DNA from: Kipferlia bialata
Lineage: Eukaryota
DNA length: 33,133 nt
Reading direction: 5' to 3'
Assembly: GCA_003568945.1 (NCBI GenBank)
Contig: BDIP01000079.1
Coordinates: forward strand, 1-33,133
Made by a program: the position numbers and the translations under genes. Under the pieces are notes generated by a model. It did no database searches, was not told the origin of the DNA, and worked only from the letters and a program-made list of their open reading frames with translations. Positions 1 to 12,500 of the stretch are shown here, one piece after another; within the stretch, counting starts at the first letter, position 1, and each line of letters begins with the position of its first letter.

Positions 1-1062
1 GGGAGGGGGTATCGGACCTAGGGTCAGACAAGAGAAAGAATATGATGGCAGACAAGAGACATAACTGATGCAAGTAGGAGAGGTAGATAGTGGGAGGAAC
101 GGGCTCCCAAGACTCCATCAGCAAGAGAGACTGCAGATATGTATAAAGAGAGAGAGAAACAACGTACCAGTAATCCTGCATGGTGTGCCATGTATGAAGA
201 CACTCCACTTGACATGATAGACATGGCCTGGGAGACATGGTTGTAGCCATACACAATACCGGCAACCTGAGTTAGAGTATAGTAACACAAACATTTACCT
301 AATAGTGCACGGAAGAAGGGGGGGTTTCAATATTGTACATAGTAGATAAGATCCCCTCCACCCTGCAAAGCATATGGATGGGGGAGAGATAGCTATCTAT
401 ATATGAATATTATATATACACAAACACAAATTGAATAGATAGTATATACATGCCAACGGATATGACCCCCTCCATCCTGCAAACAAAACATGGTAGGGGC
501 CCATAGGGAATATCACATATAGAGGAAGCATACCAGTGGGAACGATCCTCTCCACCCTGCAAAGAATATGGTGGGGGCAAAGAGAACACACATCAGACGC
601 TTCATGGGTGTGTCGAGTTCCTAGCAGTAAGGGTACTGACTAAGAGAGAGAGAGAGAGGGCGAGTGGGGGGGACGGGGGGGGAGAGATAGAAGACACTTC
701 ACTTGGGCTCACATTCATGTCCCAAAACGTACCAGGAACCATGCCGTGTCTGCTGCCCCCCCACTGCTGTGTGCAAAGACCATCATGAAGACACCGAAGC
801 CACGGGCCACGTCCCTAGGGGTGGGAGACATATGTGGACATACATATATACATAGAGAGTGGGGGGGGAGTGAAGACACCTAAGCCACGGGCCACGTCCT
901 AGGGGTGAGAGGGATATATGTAGTATATGTACTATTTACACAAAGGGCGAGAGGGAGACAGATGGGACACCGAATCCACGGGCCAGGTCCAAGGGATAAG
1001 TCATGTGTTGACATATAAATATGTATCGAGAGAGACAGACAAACATGGTAGGTGGGAGAGAA

Positions 1063-1096
<34 letters not shown>

Positions 1097-1364
1097 GTAA
1101 AACATATGGTTGGCGGGGGAGAGAGGTAGAGAGAGAGCCAAGTAAGAGTGTTTGTGTGAAGTTCACACTGTGAACTTGGGTGGCCAGCATATATATATGG
1201 AAGACACACATATAGAGTAGACTAGAGAGGATAGAGAGAGAAGTACACTCTATGAGTCTAAGTGGCCCATCCTAAAGGGAGGGAGGGAAACGAGAGTGGA
1301 AGAGGGAGATATATATAGTGTGAGGAATTGAGACCGAGAGAACCTGACTATCAGTCTGGGGTAA

Positions 1365-1410
<46 letters not shown>

Positions 1411-1553
1411 ACTCACATTGACACCAGCCTCTGTGGCCCATCCCACTTGGGCTGTGGCCAGAACAAGTCCCTCATCCATGTCCAGTAGACACCCAGGGCA
1501 TGTTTTACACTCACACTCTCTCTCTGCCGCTCCCTCTCTCTTGTCCCACTCAT
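1..1553 (-). CDS. Multi-exon HGSNAT/DUF1624 (acyltransferase-3-like) membrane protein; 3' end beyond the left edge
   Basis: Exons 1553-1417, 814-733, 620-534 and 266-> join in phase across GT-AG introns. Product reads MSGTRE...WPQPKWDGPQRLVSMDVARGFGVFMMVFAHSSGG...LFAPTIFFAGWRGSFPLVAGIVYGY. RLVSxDVARGxxxxxMVFAH is the family's N-terminal signature. A further consensus acceptor (ctgaccctag) ends at 18. Confidence 0.7.
1369..1407. repeat. (AG)n microsatellite in an intron
   Basis: Perfect AG dinucleotide run; similar runs at ~1066-1095 and ~642-658. Confidence 0.95.
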
Positions 1554-2013
1554 GAGGGTGGTCAGGATGCAACTAGGTGTGGTGCCCACTCTCTCACTCT
1601 CTCACTCCACTACCCTGTTCGCGTATCACTCTCTGCGGAAACAACAGGACTAGTCTTGAAGTGGCCTAACACTGATCAGACTGTCTATGAGTAGGTAGTG
1701 CAGGGGGGGTCATAGGGGGAGAGAGTACTATACAGTTGCGGGTATCTATATACATACACATGGATGACAATATTTGACACATTGAGAGTGAAGGGATGGT
1801 TACCCACCTTAGACAGCCACACAGTCGCTCTCTACCTGAGTGTGGAGGTAGCCGATCCCATCTGTATGCTGTGACCCTACATACATCTCTCTCTCTCTCT
1901 CTCTCTCATCCGTCTGTCACTAAGCGTGTAGGTGCAACCACTCATGAACACACCGATTAGGAAGAGGGGGGGGGGGGCATCACACAAGGGAAGGGTCTGG
2001 GGTCTCCAGCCTC

Positions 2014-2508
2014 TCACTCACATCTGTATGCAGTGACCACCTCCCTGTCCATGCACCTACGCACAGTGACATAGACAGACAGACCATCCTCCAGGCCCTT
2101 ACGCACGCCCTCACCCACCCATGCATCACACACAGTGATATCAGTCTCACACCCATCATCCAAGTACACAACAGTGCCAGTGTCTCTCTCTGCATACAGA
2201 GCCGGGTACTCACACTCTGTCAGCATGGGTGTATTTACGTATGTGTCAGCAGATAGCTCTGCATCTACCACCTCCCCACTCATCACGTCCCTGCCCCGGA
2301 CTGATACAGTAGCCATGGGTGTAATGTTCCTGGATCAGCACACTAAAGAAAATGATAGTGAGGTATATAGTGTAATAGAGTATACTCTGCTGTACCTGGT
2401 TGAGTGTATGACATCGAATACTTGTACTGGATGCCCCTCCAACTCAACCACATCACCGACAGATAGGTCATAAGCCAAAGTGTGTGGTCTAGCGTCTAGG
2501 GATGCCAT
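2014..2508 (-). CDS. eIF5A/HEX-1-fold protein lacking the hypusine loop (142 aa, 2 exons)
   Basis: Exons 2508-2396 and 2329-2014; intron GTACAG...ctgatccag. The product aligns colinearly with eIF5A: DLSVGDVVELEGHPVQV ~ ALRKNGFVVLKGRPCKI; ATVSVRGRDVMSG ~ AKVHLVGIDIFTG; VGEGVRKGLEDGLSVYVTVRRCMDREVVTAYR ~ [32 protein letters not shown]. Confidence 0.75.
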
Positions 2509-2835
2509 CACATGCACCCTGTGCAGACTCTATGACTATAGAGAGACATATATATATGAGAATGACTATATACGTTTGAAATGGTCAATCTCATAAACCC
2601 TTTTGGTCAGGTGTGAATGACTCCAGTATTCTGGGCCATAGTCACCTTTTACCAGCGTATAGAGGTAAGGCCGGAGTTATTCGTTGCAGTAGAACTAGTA
2701 TTGTTTGAGTGGGCATCTAATAATATCTTTAGAAGCCAGTCTGGTCCACTATCTATGATATCCGACGAGCCAGTCGGATATCCGATCTTGCCTTCTGGGT
2801 GATGTTGTCTAACACTCCTTCACCCATACATAGCG

Positions 2836-3573
2836 ATGTCACACCACACTATCGTTGAGAGAGAGAGTGAAGCGTCCACATCTGGGGTCTCCTGCCTGTA
2901 CCCGTCCCCCATCTACCCCTCTAGTGACACTCCCGCCTGGATGTGTGTATCTGAGTCTGGTGCACTTGATACAGTGACCGGGGGCGGAGTATGTACCAGC
3001 ACAGATAGCAGTGGCACCAATGGTGAGAGCAATGGACCTCTCAAGTGGATTGAGGGTGACCTTTGTATGAACAACTTGAGTCTGGGTGAGTGGGCAGAGG
3101 GTATGGGGGAGGAGTACAGACATGTGTCAAGTGCAACTCTGGCAGAGGATATGAAGAGTATATCCGACACACAGCACAACCCTGACTGCCACTCTTCTCT
3201 CATCAAGGGGATGCACATTGAGACTGACTCCCCGAGTGAGGGGGAGAGTGATACCCTCAGTGAGGGTCAGTGCTGCAGTTGTCACTCTGCCCCCCTCCCC
3301 CTCCCCCTTCCTCTTCCCCTCCCTCTTCCTCTTGCTGTCCCATGTGCCATCGCAACCAGTGGTCTGCCCCTCCCTCCTGGATACCCCCTCCCACTCTCAA
3401 TGTCTGCTCTGCCCCTTCCCCCTTCCAGTTCCATCAGTCCTGAGTCTGGACTTGACACCATCATTGACCTTGCAACACCAGCACTATCTCTCCCCTCATT
3501 CACCTCTCTCCCAAGTCTGACTGATGCATTCCCAGCATTCAGAGTCGGAACATCGGTACAGCTGTTAGCATAA
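2836..3573 (+). CDS. Intronless Ser/Pro-rich hypothetical protein (245 aa), paralogous to the linker of the giant gene
   Basis: ATG-initiated ORF followed by AATAGA at 3649. It shares SSDxPxWM, GxLxWxxxDxxMxxxSL and PLPLP blocks with the protein encoded at ~7720-8370. Confidence 0.5.
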   Translation: MSHHTIVERESEASTSGVSCLYPSPIYPSSDTPAWMCVSESGALDTVTGGGVCTSTDSSGTNGESNGPLKWIEGDLCMNNLSLGEWAEGMGEEYRHVSSATLAEDMKSISDTQHNPDCHSSLIKGMHIETDSPSEGESDTLSEGQCCSCHSAPLPLPLPLPLPLPLAVPCAIATSGLPLPPGYPLPLSMSALPLPPSSSISPESGLDTIIDLATPALSLPSFTSLPSLTDAFPAFRVGTSVQLLA

Positions 3574-4489
3574 CATAGATTTAGTTTCTGGTATCCAAGA
3601 TTAACCAATCAGCATCACACTTATGCAGTATTAGTAATGTAAACTAGTAATAGAGAGTTAGTACTTAGAAAACTGTTGAGTGATAATGACAATCTATGTC
3701 TGTCGTTGAAACCTGTTCTGGACCAGGACCTGGCTCTACTGTTTACTCCGTGAATCAGAAATGCTATCTGAGATAGCCGATCACGGTTTGGGACTCGAGT
3801 CCACGATAGCTTACAGTATATGGTATACAATGTATACTATACATACATCTCACGTGCGAGGCATCCAATCACAACCCCTAATATTAGGCAGAATGTAGTG
3901 CATCTCTCAGGTGATTTCATACCAGCCAACCCACCGACATAAGGTATGAGCACAGTACCTTAGAGCGAAGAGACTGAAGTAGTAAGTGATACAAGAATAG
4001 GTGGCTGTCAATTTGAGTTGTTCAACACAGTCATCCATACATTGCAAAGGCCCAAGAGATACTGTATGTGTTCAACCTTCACGAGAGAGGTTCGCGGAGA
4101 GCACTGGGTAAATCACTTCAGAAAGGGGGAGAAACAATATATAGCGGGAGACCTGTGTGACGTGGTATTGCATACGTCTACCTCTCTTGACGCAACACAC
4201 ATGAAAACCAGCTACTTAGACACCGTGTCTAAGTTAGACACGTCCCTGAGTCTCAAGCCATAAAAGAGTGTCATTATTCTGGAAGCAACGGAATATATGG
4301 TTCCATCATTGAACTCAATACCGGACACTCGTCCTCCATGGACACATCAGCACCTTGGTGACGGATACACAGGTAAATAGTGTGTTCTATGAGAACTTCT
4401 AAGAACAGTAAGATAAGTCATTTGATAACATTGACGTGTGCATTTTGTACATGCATACCAAGCTTAAGCTAAATACTCTCTCTCATCAA

Positions 4490-5500
4490 CTACACTACGG
4501 ACCCTGGTGGGAGTACTCCCCAGCGCTTCTCATCATCTGGATACACCAGTGATCTGTCAATGTAGTGAACCATCCTGCTGTGCTTAACAGAGGATCTCAG
4601 TGCCAGTGCTGGATAGAACATACCATCCGCACACCCGAAGTCCTGGTCTGGAAGCCTTGCGACATCTCCAGAGATAGTGTCGTACATTAACCAGTGGTGT
4701 CTCGACACCACTCCTACGGATGGGTCATAGATACAAGAGGATGAGCTAATCAGCAAGAACTGTCCGAGACTCTGTGTTAGGTAGTTGTTCTCTCTTTCCT
4801 GCTCCAGCGGAGTGTTTGTCTCTCTGCACCAGCCTGAGGTAGGATGAAAGGAAACAACATGCCCATAATGGGCATGTTGTTTCCTTTCCAACCCTAGATA
4901 CATTTTTGCGTAATGGGCCCCATTACGCAAGACTGCGTAGGCACGGTTCCCAATGACACTCATCACGAGCTGCGACAGGCCGGAAATGAACACGAATGCA
5001 GGAGTGTGCACCTTGAGAGTCTTCCATTCAGTTTCATGCCCTTCAGCGGCACCCTCTGTGTCAAGGCACCATGTCTCAAAAAACTGACCGCCCTTTTGCA
5101 CCAGGTAGTACTCGACCACAACATACATGTGTGTGTCAATGCAGAAGTATCTGTGAACCGTGTGACTGATACCTGGGCTACTAGACGTAGTGATTCTGTG
5201 GCCAGCTGTCATTGTATCCAGGTGCAGTAGAGAGATGGAAACCCAGTTTGGAGAATCCAGGTCTACATCCCCAAACACAATCCCTCCTACGCACACAGTG
5301 GGAGTGGAACCCTCCCAAGTGCGACCACGAACACGCTGGTGACTGCCATCAGACAGAAGGGTCCGCATAGCCCAATCAAAAGTCACTTGGGAGTTTGGAA
5401 TTACGTCCACTCCATGTGACCTTCTTGGCTCACTGTGGATGTGTGAGCCCTCGTCAAACTCACTGTGGTCCACGAATATCGAGGGAAGTGGATGAACCAT
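4490..5500 (-). CDS. Intronless divergent kelch-like beta-propeller protein (336 aa)
   Basis: ORF from the ATG at 5500 (MVHPLP). Blade-like motifs: CIDTHMYVV, TWCLDT..W, MSVIGNRAYAV, FHPTSGW, SLGQFLLI, LMYDTISG; C-terminus IDRSLVYP..W. Confidence 0.6.
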   Translation of the reverse strand: MVHPLPSIFVDHSEFDEGSHIHSEPRRSHGVDVIPNSQVTFDWAMRTLLSDGSHQRVRGRTWEGSTPTVCVGGIVFGDVDLDSPNWVSISLLHLDTMTAGHRITTSSSPGISHTVHRYFCIDTHMYVVVEYYLVQKGGQFFETWCLDTEGAAEGHETEWKTLKVHTPAFVFISGLSQLVMSVIGNRAYAVLRNGAHYAKMYLGLERKQHAHYGHVVSFHPTSGWCRETNTPLEQERENNYLTQSLGQFLLISSSSCIYDPSVGVVSRHHWLMYDTISGDVARLPDQDFGCADGMFYPALALRSSVKHSRMVHYIDRSLVYPDDEKRWGVLPPGSVV

Positions 5501-6567
5501 CTGTGAGTGAGACGGATGTAGCAGAACTGCGTGGGGCCGTGGATTTGCCGTTGCTATATATATCACTTTAAGGTGTATTCGACACTCTAGTAATGAGAGA
5601 TGGCTTCAGACTATATCAATCACTGTAAAGGTCCCACTATTCTGTTGTGGGAAGCGGTTGTCCCATGAGACACGTAATAAAACAAACAAATACGGACATG
5701 AAAGTATGCGAATACAACAAACTCAAGAGATTGAGAGAGAAAGAGAGACATCCAGAGAGAGGGAGAGTCTCCATTGGAGACATTGAGGGTTACTGTAGAC
5801 ACTCAAGGGAGAATGACAGGACTAGTGTAATCGGTTCCATTGATACACCTTCCCATATACTTAGGTAAACACACTAACACAGGCATTGTGGGGTGAGCTG
5901 TGGAGTTAGGTATCCCAGGAAAATTGTATACATGTCAAGAGTGATATAGTAGGATACTTACGGGTGGGACTGTCTCCGTTTTCGTTCCACTGCTCTTATT
6001 TGTACTCTTGTTTGCTTAACAGTGGTACAACTAAGCATTCTATAAGGGTGTCTGACCCTACACGTGGTATGTGTATTGCAAACTCACGCAATGAACTTGA
6101 TTCGCACGTGGACCTTCCCCCTGCCAATACGTTGCCAATACCTCTCTCTCAGCCCTAACTCACACAGTAGCCACTATAATACATCTGGATACCTAGAAGC
6201 TGTACCTAACGGGATTGTCGTCAATAGAGAGACCGGTACATATAGAGCCAGAAGTAACTGAGGGTATCTCTCTGGAAACTGAACCTTCTCTCTGTAACCA
6301 TAATTCAGGCACCCGCTTGAACCTGTCAGCGGGAACAGTATCTCAAGGATTCATACATCTGTCTGAGTTAGCGACATGTATACCCATGTCTCTGTAACCC
6401 AACAAACCGTTTGTAGTAATGTATAGTCTATATAGTGTACCGTATGCTGCAACGGCAACATATAGTGTACTGAACAACATATTCAACAATTCTTTCACGC
6501 CTGTGTCTATTGCGAATGAACAATGTGCAGTCCGAAGAACATATGAGCCTACATGTGTCACAGTATA

Positions 6568-9500
6568 TTACATCTTCTTGTTCCAGTTACACCTCCTGGA
6601 CAGTGCCAGCAGACTCTGTCTGTCCTGTGCTGACACTAGGGAGGTGGGCTCAGCCACACACCCCGGCCTGCCCTTCCATCTCATCATGTCAGCTACACTA
6701 TACACACACTTGGAGACGTTGGTACTAGGAAGTGTGCCACTCTCAGTCCTCTGTGCTAGTCTCTCTGTCAATAGTGCCATGACCTCCTCGTACCGGGCCT
6801 CTCTCTCCCTCTCTGCCTCTCCAAACTGGTCCCCCTCTATCTGATTATCAGTAAATACACACATGTATATATAAGAAAAGAAAGATGAATAATACAAAAG
6901 AAACAAAAGAGTCTAAGTATATATATAGCCCTGCTACTCATACCTGTGGACACACATCATCCAGGTCCATGACCCTCAGTGTACTGTTGCCTATGTAAGT
7001 GGTGTCATCTGGTAGTATGAAGGCGGCGTCAGCAGACGACCCCAAGTGGAGTGATGATAGGAGAGACTGCATCTCAGGAGTGTCCTGTGGCACTATCCCC
7101 TTCCCCTTGCCCTTCCTCTTGCTCCTCTTCTTGGCACCCTTATCGTCTATCTGCTCTCCCTCTGCTGGTATGTCAGTCAACTCCTCAGGTGCTGATGTGT
7201 CGAGTAGTGTCTGATACCACTGGCCACACATCCTCTGCCTCTCCTGTGATGTAGGTGTGGTGTCTCCATACACAACCAGGTTGAGGTCAGGCAGGTACAC
7301 TCTACAGAGTGCTTCAGCGATCACAGGAGATACCTTCTGAGGCACCACAGCTAAGGTACAGTCCATGAGGAGGCGGGCCAGCTTAGCAGTTGTCCCACCT
7401 CCTGTGAGTGAGCCCTTGTCCATGCATACCAGTAGCACAGATGGGTCAGGTCTGAGAGGGTGTCCCGTCAGCGGGAACGCACCCACAGTCACATCGGATC
7501 CTGCATCTTCGTCCTCTAGTGCAGACCGGACACAAAACAGCCCCTCCTCCCTTGAGACATCGGCAACAATCACAGCCTCCACCCCGTACCCTCCCTCTCT
7601 CTCCCTCTCATCCTGAGGGTCTAACTGACACACCAGCTCAGCGTACATATCCTCAGTGGGGACACAAGAGAAGCTGGCGAACCCCCCATCGACATCTGCC
7701 TGTACATCAAGGGGCGCCTCTGTACTGGGAAGAGAGGGTACCATGGGTAGTGGCATGGGAAGAGGTAGGGGCAGAGGGGCAACGTCCTGGGTCTGGGATG
7801 TGGTGTGCATATATACTGGTAGGGGTAGCATAGATACTGGTAGGGGCAGTGGCGGTTTGGCGTCAGGAGCTCTAGCACCAGATGATGCGGCAGGTGGCAG
7901 GGTGGTAGCGGGTGTGGGTAGCGCCAGAGGAGGTGCTACACTAGTGGTGGGAAGGGAAGCTGGTGCACTAACTAGTGGGCCTGTTGGGGGAAGGGAAGTC
8001 CTGTCAGCACCTCTAAGAGGCTCACTACGTACTGGCTCTGTGGTTCTGTCTCCCGTCCCATCTTCTCCCCCCACCTCCTTCTGGCTGAGAGAGAGGGGAT
8101 TGTCGTCCTCCGGTCCCTCCACTATCACCTCATCCAGCACATCCACCTCTGTAACTGCCTCACTCCCTTCACAACAGTCCAGATCCAGACTCATGTCTCC
8201 CATACCCCAGTCATCCTGCATCCAGTCCAGGGTACCTAGACTGTCAAAAGAGTCACTAGCACCAGCATCACCACCATGTACTGTGACAGACGGGGCGTCT
8301 GCTGTAGGCTGCATCCATGGGGGAAGGTCCGAGGAGGATGGGCAGACAGAAGACTCACACACACCAACGCTACTAGGTGCATCATCGTAAGAGGTCTCAG
8401 CCAGAGTAGTGTCTCCTGTCTCAATCTCTCGAGTGGGAGAAGGGCCTGGTAACGACTGTGCGACCGCAAGTGTCTCTCCTGTGGTGTCGGCAACAACCAC
8501 AGGTGCACCCATCGAAGAGACTGGTCCCGAGACAGTCTCCCCTCCAGCCTCACTCTCCACAGAGGCATCAGCTACACTCCTACCCTCAGCGGCGTCAGGT
8601 GGTATTAGTCCACTCACAGCTGGGACACTCTCCTTCTCTTGTCCTCCAGTGATACAAACAGGCATCGGAGGGACCTCTTCAGACTGAGTTGTACACTCCA
8701 CCACCTCTCTGTAACTCACATCATCAGCGTCAGCACCAGTATCAACCACTGGTTGCACATATACAGTAGGCTGGAACCCCTCGAAGAAGACGGGTAGGGA
8801 CCTGTCACCCTGTCCAACAGGTAGCTGGACTAGAAGGTCACCACCTACTATGATACTCTCCTTGTACTCCCTGTCATCCTCATCCATTGATGCCATAGAC
8901 TTCCTGTATGCATCAACATGCCGCTGCAATCTCTTGGTAATGGGTGAGTACTTGATCCCCCCAGCCTCCCGCACACCACCAGGTCCAAGCACAACCCTCA
9001 GGCCCCTAGTGTCACTGCCCAGTATGTCTAACAGTCTGCTCACAAGCGCAGAGCGACGGGTCCCATGTCCCTGTATATCACTGAGAGAGCAGACGAGTAC
9101 ACTGCTCCTAGAGATTGCCTTGCGGCCTGCCCTGTTCATCATAGCCTTGTCTGTCTTAAACGTCGAAACGTCAAGGCATCCCACACCCATCCCACCGATC
9201 TTGGCGCACCACTCCTTGACCTCAGAGTAGGGGCCCTTGCCAAGCGCCAGTAAATACACGTCAGTCTCCGGCATCGTGTAGGATTCCACTGGCTTTGGCA
9301 TGTGACGTGCAGAGTGATGGACGAGCAGGTGGTGTGTGACCAGGGCATAGAAGTGGGGCGGGGTGAGGTCAATGGTCTTGCGAGTCTCCAGGAGGTATTG
9401 GTATGACACCATTCCAAACTGCTTGCAGTGGGGTCTCCTCGGAACCTCTGACATGTGTGGAATATAGTTGTCGTGTACCTTTCCGCCCATAGCACTGCAG

Positions 9501-12500
9501 AACCTCTCATACCTGTCTGCCACAACATCACTGCTGGCAATGACGCCATAGAGTGTCTTGTTGATACACCCCGATACGACAGCACTGTTAGACTCTGCTG
9601 TCCAAGTGGCGCCATACTGTATGCTGGATAGCAGACACGGAGGAAGCAGGATCGATGGATATGTGACTACACCGACAACAGGTGACTCAGTCTCGGGAGA
9701 GAGATCAAACATGTGTGTCACATGGAATGCCCACTCTAGGTGCCTCCTTAGCACTTCATTGTCCATGTCAGCCCTAACAACAATGCATGAAGGTCTGATG
9801 AGTTAGAACAATAGAACAAGAGAGGGTTAAAGTGTATTATCAGATCTACCAATATTACCCACCTATCCGCCAGGTGTATGTCCTCACACGCCACTAGCTG
9901 AGGGTACATCTTGCACAGAAGATCCTGCCGTTCACGGCAGGGCACAACAAGGATCACACAGGGATTGTCAGCAGGTATAGAGGGGATACGCCTTGACAGT
10001 AGGTCTGCAAGCGCATCCATGTGTGAGAGAGTCCTCCTCTTCTCAGCTCTCTCTCTGTCACTATCTCCCTCACTCTCAAACTCGCAGTACACAGCAAGGT
10101 TAGCAGAGTGTCCTATATCCAGCCTCCACCTGTTCTTGCCCCAGGGCTCGAGAGTATCCTCAGGCCCATTGAATCTCTTCTTGCACCCAGAGACCCAATC
10201 CAGGCTAAGATGTGAGTATGGTATGCGTGTCAGCAGAGTGCCATGGTCTATGATGCCCTGCACCACGTCTCCAGGCACCAGTTCCAGATAGAGGTTGAGA
10301 AAAGACTGGAACTCGGCTGATATCCCGTTGGCCACGGGCTCTCCGGCCACCATCAGCCGCACTCCAGTGTATGCATCCATCCCAGTCCTACCAGCCTCAC
10401 GCAGACTCCCGAGGAGGGTGTATATAGCAAAGCGCCCATTAGCACGGGTGAGGGCATCCTCTGATATCATGAACACAGATGCCTTCCTGACAAGTCTCTT
10501 CAGGATATCCTCCCCCTTAGATCCTACTGGGACATCAGATATGTCTACAGTGGCCGCACCCTTCAGGGATAGGTACTCTACCATTCCAGCAGCCTCTGAC
10601 TCGCAGTCTGAGGGATATACCACTACGTACACAAACTCCTCAGGCACAGAGAGTGTAGTGAGGGTCTTGGGTATGTGTGCCACCGCATTCTCTATGCATA
10701 CAAAGTGGCACAGAAGGGCCGCCATCTCTGGGGGTGTCAGCACTACGGACTCCCTGGTCTCCCTCAGGTAACCACGAGAGATGCCCCAGTCCACACTGAT
10801 CCTGCCCAGTCTATGCAGGCTGCTAGAGGCGGAATCACCCTGACTGAGTCTATCAGCATGACCCGGTAGGTATGGCCCTCTCCCCACACATGCTTCCCAC
10901 ACACCCTGACACTCGTCTAGCATCGAGACAACGAATGGAAGTGTTGAGGACCACACCTTGTCCCTGCCCCAGAACGAACAGGCCACAGTAGCAATCTCCT
11001 TTGCCATGGATGTACACTCCTTGCCCAGATACACCACTCCCCCTAGCTCTGCACCGTCTAGACTCAGCCGCTGCATCTGCCACTGGAGCAGCACCCTCCT
11101 CTCACATTCATGCATATCACATCTTACGACTATAACAGGTGGCCGTGCCCTATGCTCATTCCTCATCACCACCCACGACTCTAGAGGGCCCGTGTGCTCC
11201 AGGCTCCTAGACTGGGGGCAGTTGTGTAGAACTCTACGTTCCCCAGCCTTGTCTGGAACTACTACCAGGACAGTAGGGGAGTGTTGATAGAAGGTGTGCC
11301 AGGGGGAGGTCTTCTTCTCAGACACAGCTGTGTACACGTTGACAATGTAGTCTGGGATGGTGTTGCGGCTGTACAGCACCATCTCAAATGGGTGTGGTGG
11401 CAGAACAACACTGGCACCTCCTCTGTGCAACATGCTATACCCCATAGGCAGGATAGTACTGACATCTAGGGAGGTAGTGAGAGAGGTGCCATTGGCAATA
11501 CTCTCTTGTATGTCTTGACAGAGGGACATATGTGGGTGACCTGCAGCCACGCTACCAGGGGGTAGTTCATTGACAACAGCAGACGGCTGGTCCCCTCTCT
11601 CCAGACTGGCTATGTTCTCACGCACCATCTCCTTGCATATGGACCACAGCTTGGCTGTATGACTGTCCCCACTATGTAGGAAGAGAACAGGCACGCAAGA
11701 GAGAGCGACATTAGGGCCATCAAGCATGTGTGCTCGCATATCATCACTAGAATAGAACAGGTATGCCAGTAGCAGAGTGGAGAGATTCGGGTTGGTTAGG
11801 GATACCAGGCTGTCTGGGGCAGTACTCAGCGTCCGAGGCGGGTTATGGAATGGGTTGCATCTCCCAGTGATGACGGGTGATGGCTCAGGGTCCAGGGTGT
11901 AGTGATCGAGCCTCTCTCTGTCATAGATAGACATGCACCATACTGTATAGAGGGTGCGGGGCACTCTCTCTATCGCCAATGCCCTCAGACACGAGACACC
12001 ACTCCTACCCACTCCTTCCGACCCAGGCTCCTCCCTGTACGCAGATGGGTATACCAGTACATCTACCCCGCTCAAGTCAGGGGGTGAATCTGGGACGTAC
12101 TCTATCGAGGCGACATCCACACAACGTACACCCCTCTCATTGAGGTAGTCGCAGAAGGACGCAGCATCCTCGTAGGCCTCCTCTCCAAAGCCGACAAGAT
12201 ACACTCTGAGGGTGAGACTACCATTAATGAACAACAGAACATAATTGGTATCTTAAGAGTATACGTATATGTATACAGGGTATAGTATTTGCATAGTATG
12301 TCTCCATGTGGAGTTACACATTATAACTCCTAATAGTTACCTGTCATGTGGCATCGAGAGTCTCCTCCCCACTATGTAGGTACAAAGGGGGTCACCCTCC
12401 TTGTAAGGGTTGGATATGTACTGATGATGCTGGCAGAGTGCTGTGAAATGCAGGGGGTCCAGAGTGAGGGAGGGAGATGGGTCCACACAGTGCCCAAACA

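Noticed and set aside
880..1555. SLSLSL and RERERE ORFs
   Set aside because: Translations of (AG)n microsatellites in introns.
5620..6561. Short ORFs between the kelch-like gene and the giant gene
   Set aside because: No recognisable motifs or consistent exon chain; an extra terminal exon near 6393-6343 cannot be excluded.
9748..9766. Overlap of the 828-aa and 942-aa ORFs suggesting a programmed frameshift or gag-pol/viral arrangement
   Set aside because: Explained by an in-phase GT-AG intron at 9862-9774. No RT, integrase, transposase or capsid motifs were seen.
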